Source of the DNA: an uncultured Gammaproteobacteria bacterium
GTDB lineage: Bacteria > Patescibacteriota > Patescibacteriia > UBA9570 > XYC2-FULL-38-9
Assembly: GCA_964344485.1 (NCBI GenBank)
Contig: CAYFNF010000001.1
Span: 186,115 to 250,114, forward strand
Length of the DNA: 64,000 nt
Reading direction: 5' to 3'
Shown: positions 8,492 through 18,036 of the stretch, in pieces
Layout of the letters: every line of letters begins with the position of its first letter
Numbering within the stretch: position 1 is the first letter of the stretch
Notes under the pieces: generated by a model
Database searches by the model: none
What the model was told of the DNA's origin: nothing
The model's input: the letters and a program-made list of their open reading frames with translations, nothing else
Program-made: the position numbers and the translations under genes

Positions 8492-8980
8492 TCAGTGGAC
8501 TGCGTCGTCTGGTCCGGCGGTGGTACCGGTCAGGATCGAGCCCTCAGGCCCGATTCGATGGCGGAACTCGGTTCCGGGTGATGCAGAGTCCACGATCGCT
8601 TCCATGGGATCGTCAGCAGGCCACGGGCGAGTCGCTTGGTCTCCGCGTTCGCGAGCCAGCTGGATCTCCAGCGGTGGCTCGGGTGGCAGATGGTTCACGA
8701 TCGCGCTCGTGAGGCGGCTCACCAGTTGCGCATACTGCGGCTGTGGAAGTCGGCTCTGGAAGAAGGCCTGCAGTGCAGCGGCCTCGGGTACGCTGTGAGC
8801 TTCGGCGATCTGCCGCACGGTCCCACCCGGGAGCGTTACGACGATGTTCACCGCCGCGTGACAGCACGGGCAGAGTTGCACGTCCAGCGTCACCTGAGCG
8901 AGCCACTCTCGTGTGTAGTACTCCGCGCCTTGTTCGTAGCACAGCACATGCTCAAGGTTCACCTCGTCACAAGTTGCCAA
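8492..8980 (-). CDS. Hypothetical Cys/His-rich protein (possible zinc-binding), high-GC
   Basis: Probable TTG start at 8980 with SD AAGGAG 8 nt upstream. Carries HVLCYEQ...CPCCH. The coding region is high GC, but its promoter region (8981-9070) is AT-rich. Confidence 0.45.
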   Translation of the reverse strand: MATCDEVNLEHVLCYEQGAEYYTREWLAQVTLDVQLCPCCHAAVNIVVTLPGGTVRQIAEAHSVPEAAALQAFFQSRLPQPQYAQLVSRLTSAIVNHLPPEPPLEIQLARERGDQATRPWPADDPMEAIVDSASPGTEFRHRIGPEGSILTGTTAGPDDAVH

Positions 8981-9137
8981 TAGAATTGCTCCTTTGGACA
9001 GGGTTTCGTGAGTGAGGATAGCCCTACTTGTAATATATATTAGATAATATTGCAAGTGTGTATAACGCAAACAGTGCCCGTGCGCTTTAATTTAAACGTG
9101 GTATACTGATAAGGAGTTAAGTAATAAAGACAAAACC

Positions 9138-10949
9138 ATGAGAAAAACGATCCTTGTTCTCAGTACCGGGTTGTTTCTTTTATTGATGCAACCTGTGAGC
9201 GCTGAGACCGCACCGATCACTCTAGACGGCGACATATCAGACTGGGATGACGCTGGTATAGAGAGCCTTATTACCGACACTACCGGAGAGGTAGTTGGGA
9301 CTGATTGGTGCTATAACAACGCTACTTCCCAGTGGGAGGAGAAAGCTGAGAAAGATTGCGGCTCATTATTTGTGAATCAAGAGTTGTTTTTAGACATTGG
9401 AGACTTTCGAATGACTCATGATTCTACATTGATGTACGTTGCGCTGGAGTCAGCCGCGCCAATTATGGGCGTGAAGGTTCTAGATCCAACGAGTTTGGAT
9501 TACGGTAAATATCTACCGTTTGGATATCCATTAGATTGGGATGGTTCCGGCCCACCAGAAAAGTTTATAGCAGGAGCGCCTAGAGCGTTTGACCACTCTA
9601 TGGTGATCTGCTTTGACTTAAATCAGGATGGAATTGATGACCTATTTGCGAGAACGAATTTTCAATGGGAAGAAGGTATGGTTGGCACTGAAACCGGAGA
9701 AGGCATGACTATCATGCACTATCTGTATCAAGATGATGGTGATGGAGAGTACACGCCAAGTACTGATACACTCTTAGAGGAAGAAGAAGACAATCCTGTC
9801 GGTGTTTCATCTGATTCCTTTGATGCGAGTGAAGGGTTGTCAGCAGTCACTGAAGTTTCGGACGAGCTAGAGAGCTTTGAACTTCTAATTGGCGAAACAG
9901 TGAATGTGCATGTAGAGATGTGGTCATCCCTTGCTGACGAGACTGAGCCAGTGGAGTACACCTTCACAGAGTATATACCTGAGAAGATCACCGGGTTAAA
10001 AATAAACGACCCACTACCGCATCGACTCAGCTATGTGAACCTTACATGGGACGCAGATGATTCAGCTGCTACGTATGACATTCAACTATTGAAAAAGAAC
10101 GGTACGGTTTCACAGAGCCTAACATCAGCTACAAATAGTAAAAAGATAAAGAAGAAGTATCTTGTCGCGAATAGCGCAAGAAAAGTGAAGGTCCGAGGCG
10201 TCACCGGCGCTGGAACTCCTGGAGAGTACTCTGATACTAAGACGTTCTATGTTCCACCGGCAATGCCTCGCAATCTTCAAGCAAAGCGCGTCGGTCCAAC
10301 TACTGCAGTACTTGATTGGGTTGCACCAAAGAGGCACGCAAAGCTCAAACACTATAGAGTTATTCTATACAAAGGGAAGAAGGCCGTTCGAAGGTTGAAT
10401 GTGAAAAAGACGCAAAAGTTGGTTCGAAACTTAGATCCATCCAGCAAGTACTCCTTTAAAGTACGAACTGTGCGAAGAACTGGAGTATCAAGTAGGTGGT
10501 CTAAGAAGAAATCATTTACCACTATGGGGCCAGTACAGTATGTCAAGATCGAAGACATGACTCGAGTGGCAGATGATGACCTGAAACCTGGCGCGGATAT
10601 TGATGCATTGGTACTCAATCAAGAAGACGGGACCAAGTATTACGCAGACATGATCCCTGATCGGTACATTCCGATCTCCAGTGGAGATGATGACCCAGCA
10701 GAGATGCTCGGTATGCCAGACTATTCAGTAGATACAGACTGGGGGTACACTTCTTTGGGTGGAGTTGGCGGATATGCAGTGATCAAGCTAGAGCAAGCCA
10801 TGGATAAGGACTCTAAGAATCTAGTCATTCGTGAACTGCGCACAGTCTCTAAAGTCGGGGATGCTTATAAAGTCTACTTTTCTGAATCAGAGCTAGGCCC
10901 ATGGACATTCATTGGTCGCCACTCTGGCCGCGCAATCATTGGGTTATAA
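9138..10949 (+). CDS. Secreted protein with fibronectin-III-like/Ig-like domains and a Lys/Arg-rich region
   Basis: Signal peptide MRKTILVLSTGLFLLLMQPVSA|ETAP. Fn3-like segments include PRNLQAKRVGPTTAVLDWVAP. Confidence 0.6.
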   Translation: MRKTILVLSTGLFLLLMQPVSAETAPITLDGDISDWDDAGIESLITDTTGEVVGTDWCYNNATSQWEEKAEKDCGSLFVNQELFLDIGDFRMTHDSTLMYVALESAAPIMGVKVLDPTSLDYGKYLPFGYPLDWDGSGPPEKFIAGAPRAFDHSMVICFDLNQDGIDDLFARTNFQWEEGMVGTETGEGMTIMHYLYQDDGDGEYTPSTDTLLEEEEDNPVGVSSDSFDASEGLSAVTEVSDELESFELLIGETVNVHVEMWSSLADETEPVEYTFTEYIPEKITGLKINDPLPHRLSYVNLTWDADDSAATYDIQLLKKNGTVSQSLTSATNSKKIKKKYLVANSARKVKVRGVTGAGTPGEYSDTKTFYVPPAMPRNLQAKRVGPTTAVLDWVAPKRHAKLKHYRVILYKGKKAVRRLNVKKTQKLVRNLDPSSKYSFKVRTVRRTGVSSRWSKKKSFTTMGPVQYVKIEDMTRVADDDLKPGADIDALVLNQEDGTKYYADMIPDRYIPISSGDDDPAEMLGMPDYSVDTDWGYTSLGGVGGYAVIKLEQAMDKDSKNLVIRELRTVSKVGDAYKVYFSESELGPWTFIGRHSGRAIIGL

Positions 10950-10966
10950 TCCACCATGTTCAGTAG

Positions 10967-10995
10967 AAGGCGCTCTTCATTGAGCGCTTTCTTTG
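10967..10995 (+). terminator. Rho-independent terminator
   Basis: Hairpin ggcgctc-ttcatt-gagcgct followed by ttctttg. Confidence 0.5.
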
Positions 10996-11008
10996 TTATA
11001 CTAGCACT

Positions 11009-11647
11009 ATGAAACGACAAGATCGCGCAGCAGTAGTCTTGAAGCGCTTGCGAACAAGTACTGACAAGAACAGTGAGTTCATTCAGTGGAGTACACCACT
11101 CGAGTTAGTTGTGGGCGTGGTGCTTTCAGCGCAGTGTACTGATAAGCGGGTGAACATGGTCACTAAAGAGCTGTTCAAGAAATACAAGACTGCAGCAGAC
11201 TATGCAAACGCTCGATTGCAGACCTTAGAAAAAGAGATCAAGTCCACAGGATTCTATAAAGCTAAAGCCAAGTACTTAAAAGGAATCGGACAAGTATTAA
11301 AACAGCGTTTCAACGGCGCTGTTCCAGACACACTCGATCAAGTACTGCAACTGCCAGGCGTGGCTCATAAGTCCGCGTATATTATCCTCTCAAAAGTGCA
11401 TAATGTTCACGAAGGCGTTGCTGTAGATACCCATGTGCGACGCGTGGCTCCGCGACTTGGTCTGAGCAGACACTCCGAACCAAATATGATCTCAAAAGAT
11501 CTTTCTAAACTATATAAACCGAAAGAATATCCTGAAATAAATGAGTTACTGATCATACACGGACGCAATACCTGCAAACCGAAACCCCGCTGTACCGAGT
11601 GCAAACTCCAAGACATGTGCCCAAGCGCAAAGCGTTTTTCTGCGTAA
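11009..11647 (+). CDS. nth: Endonuclease III (HhH-GPD DNA glycosylase with 4Fe-4S cluster)
   Basis: HhH-GPD motif LPGVAHKSAYIIL. C-terminal cluster ligands C-x6-C-x2-C-x5-C (CKPKPRCTECKLQDMC). Confidence 0.8.
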   Translation: MKRQDRAAVVLKRLRTSTDKNSEFIQWSTPLELVVGVVLSAQCTDKRVNMVTKELFKKYKTAADYANARLQTLEKEIKSTGFYKAKAKYLKGIGQVLKQRFNGAVPDTLDQVLQLPGVAHKSAYIILSKVHNVHEGVAVDTHVRRVAPRLGLSRHSEPNMISKDLSKLYKPKEYPEINELLIIHGRNTCKPKPRCTECKLQDMCPSAKRFSA

Positions 11648-11714
11648 ACAAGGGGTGTTTGCACGGGAACGAAAAATGCGCTATTATAGGATACTAATTA
11701 TTTAACGTATTTAT

Positions 11715-12278
11715 ATGATACGGATTAATGAGGTTGTCCCTGATGTGGAGTGTGAGGCATATCATGAGGATGACATTAAAACAGTGAACCTCGCAGATTT
11801 TCGAGGCAAGTGGGTAGCGCTGGTGTTCTATCCAGCAGATTTTACATTTGTCTGCCCTACTGAATTACAAGAGCTCGCTGCACTCTATGAAGAGTTCAAA
11901 CAGCTTGATACAGAGATTCTCTCTGCCAGCACGGATACTGCGTTTGTACACAAAGCGTGGCATGATAATTCAGAGGCGATCAGCAAGATTCAATTTCCAA
12001 TGCTTGCGGACCCGTCTGGAAAGCTTGCAAGAATCTTCGGTACGTACATTGAAGATGAAGGGCTCGCACTACGCGGAACATTCATCATCGATCCTGATGG
12101 AGTATTGAAAGCGTATGAGATCAACAACAACGATATCGGACGCAGTGGAAAAGAGCTGCTCCGCAAGGTACAAGCAGCGAAGTTTGTGCGCGAGAACGGT
12201 GGAAACGTCTGTCCTGCAGGATGGCATCCGGGAGATGATACGCTGAAACCAGGTTTGGACCTAGTCGGTAAAATATAA
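11715..12278 (+). CDS. ahpC: 2-Cys peroxiredoxin (AhpC/Tsa family)
   Basis: Peroxidatic Cys in FTFVCPTEL and resolving Cys in VCPAGWHPG. Confidence 0.85.
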   Translation: MIRINEVVPDVECEAYHEDDIKTVNLADFRGKWVALVFYPADFTFVCPTELQELAALYEEFKQLDTEILSASTDTAFVHKAWHDNSEAISKIQFPMLADPSGKLARIFGTYIEDEGLALRGTFIIDPDGVLKAYEINNNDIGRSGKELLRKVQAAKFVRENGGNVCPAGWHPGDDTLKPGLDLVGKI

Positions 12279-12331
12279 CTTTGACGCTAGGGCTTCCTAG
12301 TGAAGAACAATTAACACGTAAGAGAACACTT

Positions 12332-12919
12332 ATGGGATATGAACCAAAAGACTATAGCTCCCTTCTTGGTATTGAAGGTTTAAGCGATGAATTGCTACAG
12401 AATCATTTCAAACTCTATCAAGGGTATGTCACAAACACGAATAAACTATCCGATACTCTACGCAGCATGGATGCCACCACTCCGGAGTACGCTGAATTAA
12501 AGCGTCGCTTTGGATGGGAGTTTAACGGCATGCGCTTGCATGAGTTGTATTTTGAAAGCATTACTGCTTCCAAGAAAAAAGGCACAGCAAGTGATGCGCT
12601 CGTTGAGCAGATGGATACAGATTTTGGTGATTCACCAAAGTCATGGACCAACGATTTTGTTGCGCTTAGTAGTGTACGCGGTATCGGGTGGACCGTTCTG
12701 TACTACGATCCAGTCGGTGACCGCATGTATAACACTTGGATCAATGAGCATGACCTCGGCCACCTCGCAGGAGGTATTCCGCTACTCGTCCTGGACTGCT
12801 TTGAACACGCATTCATGATCGATTACGGTTTGAAGAAAGCAGACTACATTGAGACGTTCATGGACGCAATTGATTGGAATACTGTAAACAAACGGTACGA
12901 AGCAGCAAAGAATCAATAA
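12332..12919 (+). CDS. Fe/Mn superoxide dismutase-like protein
   Basis: N-terminal helical-hairpin region LQNHFKLYQGYVTNTN. C-terminal D-x-[WF]-E-H motif (LDCFEHAF). Start taken at ATG 12332. Some canonical His ligands appear substituted. Confidence 0.65.
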   Translation: MGYEPKDYSSLLGIEGLSDELLQNHFKLYQGYVTNTNKLSDTLRSMDATTPEYAELKRRFGWEFNGMRLHELYFESITASKKKGTASDALVEQMDTDFGDSPKSWTNDFVALSSVRGIGWTVLYYDPVGDRMYNTWINEHDLGHLAGGIPLLVLDCFEHAFMIDYGLKKADYIETFMDAIDWNTVNKRYEAAKNQ

Positions 12920-12927
12920 GGCAAAGA

Positions 12928-12956
12928 TAAAAACGCGGAACAGAATCCGCGTTTTT
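12928..12956. terminator. Bidirectional terminator between sod-like gene and rpmB
   Basis: Hairpin cgcgga-acagaa-tccgcg flanked by an A-run and a T-run. Confidence 0.6.
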
Positions 12957-12971
12957 CTATTACAAAGAACG

Positions 12972-13148
12972 TTATTTCATTTTTTTGGTTGCAGCTTTAA
13001 TGCAACGGACACACGCTTTTACTTTCTTTCCGTCGATAGTAGCGCTCTGTAAGTTCACGTGCTGCCGTTTGATTGTTGCAATGTTTGAGTGGGAGCGCTG
13101 ATTCCCTTTGAGGTATCCTCGTCCACAGATTTCACATACTTTTGACAT
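12972..13148 (-). CDS. rpmB: 50S ribosomal protein L28
   Basis: 58-aa product MSKVCEICGRGYLKGNQRSHSNIATIKRQHVNLQ...CVRCIK, matching the L28 zinc-ribbon signature. Confidence 0.8.
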   Translation of the reverse strand: MSKVCEICGRGYLKGNQRSHSNIATIKRQHVNLQSATIDGKKVKACVRCIKAATKKMK

Positions 13149-13218
13149 AGAGACGTTTTCTAGTAATAATGACTGATGTATAACAAAGTGATACAGAGTA
13201 TATCGCGCGTAAAACGAT

Positions 13219-13857
13219 TTGTCAATTATGCTAATACAGACATTACTACAAGAACCAATTTTTTTTCTGCTATGGGTACTTGCCATTGTGTTTTCCTTGA
13301 CGATCCACGAATTCTCTCACGGGTTAATGGCAAAGATCCAGGGCGATCCTACGGCTGAGCTTGAAGGACGACTTTCGCTAAACCCATTAGCGCATATCGA
13401 TTGGATGGGCTTCTTCTTACTGGTGGTCGCTGGATTCGGTTGGGCAAAACCTGTTCCGTTTAATCCGTATAATCTAAAGAACAAGCGATTCGGTCCAGCG
13501 TTGGTTGCAATGGCTGGTCCGCTGTCGAATATTCTCGCTGTGGTCGTGATTGGCAGTGTATTAGCGTTGTTCTATCATTTAACTGGTATCACCGACGACA
13601 ACTTGATGATTATGTTCTTTGTGTTAGTGATCCAAGTGAACGTCTTACTTGCTGTGTTTAATTTTATTCCGATTCCTCCGTTAGATGGTTCAAAAATCCT
13701 CTACGCTATTATTGGACAGCGTCGTCCTGATATTGTGATGTTCTTGGAACGATACGGTATTTGGTTATTACTCGCATTAGTCTTCTTCGGCGGAAGCATT
13801 ATCTTTCGGATTTTCTACTTCTTCTACGAACTAATCCTACGATTGATTTTCTTCTAG
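13219..13857 (+). CDS. Site-2 protease family (M50) zinc metalloprotease
   Basis: HEFSHG (HExxH) motif, LDG motif (NFIPIPPLDGSKI), multiple TM helices. Confidence 0.75.
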   Translation: MSIMLIQTLLQEPIFFLLWVLAIVFSLTIHEFSHGLMAKIQGDPTAELEGRLSLNPLAHIDWMGFFLLVVAGFGWAKPVPFNPYNLKNKRFGPALVAMAGPLSNILAVVVIGSVLALFYHLTGITDDNLMIMFFVLVIQVNVLLAVFNFIPIPPLDGSKILYAIIGQRRPDIVMFLERYGIWLLLALVFFGGSIIFRIFYFFYELILRLIFF

Positions 13858-13863
13858 GAAAAC

Positions 13864-13889
13864 AAAAAAAGCGCCATCAGCGCTTTTTG
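13864..13889 (+). terminator. Rho-independent terminator
   Basis: Hairpin aaagcgc-catca-gcgcttt followed by ttg. Confidence 0.6.
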
Positions 13890-13892
13890 TAT

Positions 13893-14147
13893 TTATACAG
13901 CTTTTATCATGATCAGCCGGTATGCAGGACCGATGCCAGTAAAGAACAAGTAGACCACGAGAATAATAGCGATTGCAATTAAACTATCTGTTATCCGAGT
14001 TTTTGCTTCTTCTTCTTTCTTTTTATCTCCTTTGTGTGTATAGAACTCGAATGCGCCCAAGATAATGAGCAATACTGCAACAGCGATCACCACGCCAAGG
14101 ATGATCTTAATTAACAGTAGTATCATTGGAAATGTTTCTGTTCCCAT
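13893..14147 (-). CDS. Possible small two-TM membrane protein
   Basis: 84-aa ORF MGTETFPMILLLIKIILGVVIAVAVLL...IAIAIILVVYLFF. No SD. It overlaps the alternative N-terminal extension of the FG-GAP gene. Confidence 0.25.
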   Translation of the reverse strand: MGTETFPMILLLIKIILGVVIAVAVLLIILGAFEFYTHKGDKKKEEEAKTRITDSLIAIAIILVVYLFFTGIGPAYRLIMIKAV

Positions 14148-14231
14148 ATATTGTAAGTATACACCATACGGCTTTTTTTTAAAAACAATCGAGCGTTGTG
14201 TTATAATACATCCATTATTACGAAAAAAAGC

Positions 14232-16692
14232 AATGAAAAACACTTTACTATTCGTAAGTGGTGTAGCGATCACCTTTTTATTATGCATGTCTCCGGTAGC
14301 AGCAGAAACCGAGCTGAGTCTGGGAATTGATGAAATAGTTCAGTTTACTGGTGAAACCGACGTAGATATGGCTGCGAGTTCTGTCGCATCCGCTGGCGAC
14401 GTCAACGGAGACGGGTATACTGATTTTCTCGTTGGAGCGACCGGAGTGGACCTGGGAAATGGTGCAGCGTACTTGGTGTATGGACAATCGAGCAACTATG
14501 CGTCAGCTTCACTAGGTACAACAGTAAAATTCAGCGCCGAGAGCTCAATGGATTTTGCAGGTAACTCTGTCGCATCTGCCGGCGACGTAAACGGTGATGG
14601 ATATGATGATATTCTTATTGGCGCACAAGCAAATGATGCAGTAGCAACGACCGCAGGAGCAGCGTACTTACTCTATGGCAAAGCAGACAATCACACCTCA
14701 GCTTCTCTTGACACCGCTATTCGGTTTACTGGCGAAGCGTTGAATAATTCAGCTGGTACATCCGTCGCATCTGCCGGCGACGTAAACGGTGATGGATATG
14801 ATGATATTCTTATTGGTGCTCCAGGTAATAGTGATGCAGGCTCTGGTGCTGGAGCAGCGTACTTACTCTATGGCAAAGCAGACAATCACACCTCAGCTTC
14901 TCTGAGTACTGCGGTACAACTCTCTGGAGAAACAGGTGATTCAGCAGGTACATCCGTCGCATCTGCCGGCGACGTAAACGGCGATGGATATGATGATATT
15001 CTTATTGGTGCAACGAGTGCAGCTTCTGGTAATGGAGCAGCGTACTTACTCTATGGCAAAGCAGACAATCACACCTCAGCTTCTCTGAGTACTGCGGTAC
15101 AATTTTCAGGGGAAGAAAATACAGACACCGCAGGTAACTCTGTCGCATCCGCTGGCGACGTAAACGGTGATGGATATGATGATATTCTCGTGAGCGCAAT
15201 GATGGCTGAATCTATGAAAGGAGGAGCATACTTACTCCATGGCAAAGCAGACAATCACACCTCAGCTTCCTTAAGTACCGGGATTCAATTTCTCGGATTA
15301 ACTGATATGGACATGGCTGGAGATGATGTCGCATCTGCCGGCGACGTAAACGGTGATGGATATGATGATATTCTAGTCGGCTCAACACAAGGCGGTGGCA
15401 TGAAAGGTGTTGCGTATTTACTGTACGCTGAGGAATCAGATATTTCCATTACTAACAACAACTCATCAATAAATACTATAGAATGCAGTGTTGGTACATT
15501 TGCGGATCCAGGCGCAACAGCTACTGATGAATATGAAGATTCATCCTTATCTGTATCATCATCAGGAACCGTTACTGAAGAAATTGTTGGAAGTTATCCA
15601 ATAACGTATACCGCGGTAAATGTTCTGAGTGTCGCATCTTCTGCGATACGAACAGTGACAGTTCAAGATACTACCGCGCCAACCATCAGTATTACCAATA
15701 ATACAGTTGAGTATAATATTGTAGAGTGTGGTGTTGATACTTTTTCAGATCCGGGCGCAACAGCAACAGATACGTGCGATAGCAGTATAACGCCATCTGC
15801 CCTAGGGACAGTTTCAGAAGAGACAGCTGGAACATATTCTGTAGTATATTCAGCTACAGATGATTCGGATAATCCAGCAGATGCTGCAACGCGATCCGTT
15901 CTAGTACAAGATACTACCTCACCTACTATCACTCTCACCGGAGAAAGTTCAGTTACAGTGTCGCAAGGAGATACATATACGGATGCTGGTGCGACTGCAA
16001 CGGATAGTTGTGAGGGAGACCTTACAAGCAGCATTCAGACCACTAGTACGGTAGATACCTCTGTTGTTGGGGAGTACTCTGTTACCTATACTCTCACTGA
16101 CGCAGCAGAAAACCCGGCGACTGCAGTGGTACGAACCGTGAATGTTATCGCAGCTGTAGATGATAGTGAAGATGAGCAGTCTCCGGTATCTTCATTAGGA
16201 ACTAAGAAAAAGGGGAAGGTAAAAGTCAGCTACGAGGATGGATCATCAAGTACTTTTTCTGTATTTACTAAGGGGAAACCTAAAGCTAGCCTTGCTTCTG
16301 ATGACGAAAGAGTCATTGTGGTGAATAGTAAAGGAAAGCTTGTGCGCATAATTGATGCGTTTTCAGGAGAGGTGTTAGCGAGTAAGAAGATCCGAGCCAA
16401 AAAGCAAGCTATTACTAAAATTAAGGTAATTGATTTCTATAGCAAAAAGGACTCAAAAGATGAGGTGTTGGTTGCAACTAAGAAAAAGAGAGTATTGAAA
16501 ATCACAGTACTAACTCTTCACGATACGACGGATAAGCTATCAAAGAAAACTACGAAGATTATTAAGCCGTTTAGAAGCAACAAGTACAAGATAGTGCGCA
16601 AGAAAAAGCAGGTCAGAATCAAGGTCGGGAAGAAAATAAAAAAGAAGTACAAAGTTACGAAGAGGGGGAGACTGAAGAAGGTAAAGAAATAG
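14232..16692 (+). CDS. Secreted FG-GAP (integrin-alpha-like) repeat protein with Ig-like (PGATATD-type) domains and a Lys-rich C-terminal tail
   Basis: Signal peptide MKNTLLFVSGVAITFLLCMSPVAA|ETE. Seven repeats of SVASAGDVNGDGYDDILIGA. Three copies of DTTAPTI...C.VDTF.DPGATATD. The last 170 aa are Lys-rich. Confidence 0.7.
14380..15420 (+). repeat. Tandem ~180-nt repeats encoding the FG-GAP modules
   Basis: Near-identical nucleotide blocks (catccgtcgcatctgccggcgacgtaaacggtgatggatatgatgatattcttattggtgc and gcagcgtacttactctatggcaaagcagacaatcacacctcagcttctct) recur at ~14580, 14760, 14940, 15120 and 15300. Confidence 0.7.
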
Positions 16693-16698
16693 GATTTA

Positions 16699-16724
16699 AC
16701 GCCCTGCATGTGGGCGTTTCTTCT
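16699..16724 (+). terminator. Rho-independent terminator
   Basis: Hairpin acgccc-tgcatgt-gggcgt followed by ttcttct. Confidence 0.6.
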
Positions 16725-16730
16725 ATCATC

Positions 16731-16759
16731 TTGACATTTATTTTTAAATATCGTACAAT
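16731..16759 (+). promoter_or_regulatory. Consensus sigma70-type promoter upstream of str operon
   Basis: TTGACA, 17 nt spacer, TACAAT. The leader to rpsL is ~160 nt and contains the hairpin cagcata-ggcaa-tatgctg. Confidence 0.6.
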
Positions 16760-16922
16760 CCTTTCGGTTCCAATAGCTTGTCGATCATGGCTGACAAGCT
16801 TGACAATCGAGGTTTCTACAATGCGATCTTTTCTTGAACTGAAACAGATCCTATTTTAGAACTTCAATAGATTATTCATGACATCAGCATAGGCAATATG
16901 CTGTAGTTTTAACTGTTTTATC

Positions 16923-17345
16923 ATGCCAACAATAAATCAACTCGTTCGAAAAGGACGAAAACAAACCAAGAAGAAATCAAAGACGCCAGAGTTGCAGACC
17001 ACGATGAATGCGATTAAGCGTCGCAGAACAAAGCTGCCAAAAGGCTCTTCGTTCAAACGTGGTGTGTGCGTGCGTGTCTATACCACCACACCTAGAAAAC
17101 CGAACTCTGCGCTACGTAAAGTTGCTCGTGTTCGACTTTCTAACGGTACAGAAGTGACCGCGTATATTCCGGGAGAAGGGCACAACCTCCAAGAGCACAG
17201 TATTGTGCTAGTAAAAGGTGGAAGAGTTCCTGACCTTCCAGGTATTCGATATCGTATTGTCCGAGGAGTGTATGACACTCAAGGAGTAGAGGGGCGAAAA
17301 CAATCTCGCTCTCAATACGGTGTGAAGAAGACAAAAGGAGATTAA
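16923..17345 (+). CDS. rpsL: 30S ribosomal protein S12
   Basis: [13 protein letters not shown]... with a conserved S12 core. Confidence 0.95.
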   Translation: MPTINQLVRKGRKQTKKKSKTPELQTTMNAIKRRRTKLPKGSSFKRGVCVRVYTTTPRKPNSALRKVARVRLSNGTEVTAYIPGEGHNLQEHSIVLVKGGRVPDLPGIRYRIVRGVYDTQGVEGRKQSRSQYGVKKTKGD

Positions 17346-17365
17346 TCAGATAATGAAGTACAACT

Positions 17366-17830
17366 ATGAGAGGTAAACAAGCCCCAAAACGAAAAATAGC
17401 TCCAGATCCACGATTCAACTCCACGCAAGTCGCGAAATTCATTAACTACATTATGCAGTGTGGGAAGAAGACTATTGCGCAGAAGATTGTCTACAGAGCA
17501 TTTGATTTTATCGAGAATAAAACTGGAGAGCCAGGTTATGATGTCTGGCAGAAAGCGATCCAGAACGTTTCTCCTACAGTGGAAGTACGCGCACGTCGTA
17601 TCGGTGGTGCGAACTATCAAGTACCAGTAGAGGTGCGCCCAGAGCGACGGTTCACTCTTGCGTGCCGATGGATTATCGAAGCAGCAACTGCTCGAAAAGG
17701 AAAGCCAATGCGTGAGAAGTTAGCTTTGGAAATTATGGATGCAGCAAACAGTGAAGGTGACGCATTCAAGAAGAAAGAAGATGTACAGCGAATGGCAGAG
17801 GCAAACCGTGCCTTCGCCCATTTTGCGTAG
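17366..17830 (+). CDS. rpsG: 30S ribosomal protein S7
   Basis: Conserved S7 sequence MRGKQAPKRKIAPDPRFNS... Confidence 0.95.
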   Translation: MRGKQAPKRKIAPDPRFNSTQVAKFINYIMQCGKKTIAQKIVYRAFDFIENKTGEPGYDVWQKAIQNVSPTVEVRARRIGGANYQVPVEVRPERRFTLACRWIIEAATARKGKPMREKLALEIMDAANSEGDAFKKKEDVQRMAEANRAFAHFA

Positions 17831-18036
17831 AGATCTTTTACAATGGTGAGTTGTTGCCACGCCTGCTCATGAGCAAAGCTCATGACACTGCGTGACAATC
17901 CTGCGGACTCGCGTTTCCCTGCGCTCCTCGCTCGACGTACTCATAGTACGCCTCGCTCCGGTGCTCAGTCCAACGCTTCGCACCTCACGCATTGCAAAGA
18001 GATCTCTAATAACCGTATTAATAAATAATCATATAT

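Noticed and set aside
14065-14231. N-terminal extension of the FG-GAP ORF (start at 14065)
   Set aside because: The extension lacks an SD and precedes a canonical signal peptide that begins at ATG 14232. It also overlaps a possible minus-strand small ORF.
16760-16922. Possible ribosomal-protein autoregulatory leader or riboswitch in the 160-nt rpsL 5' UTR
   Set aside because: Only one modest hairpin (cagcata-ggcaa-tatgctg) and a few TTGACA-like repeats were seen. That is insufficient to call a structured regulatory RNA.
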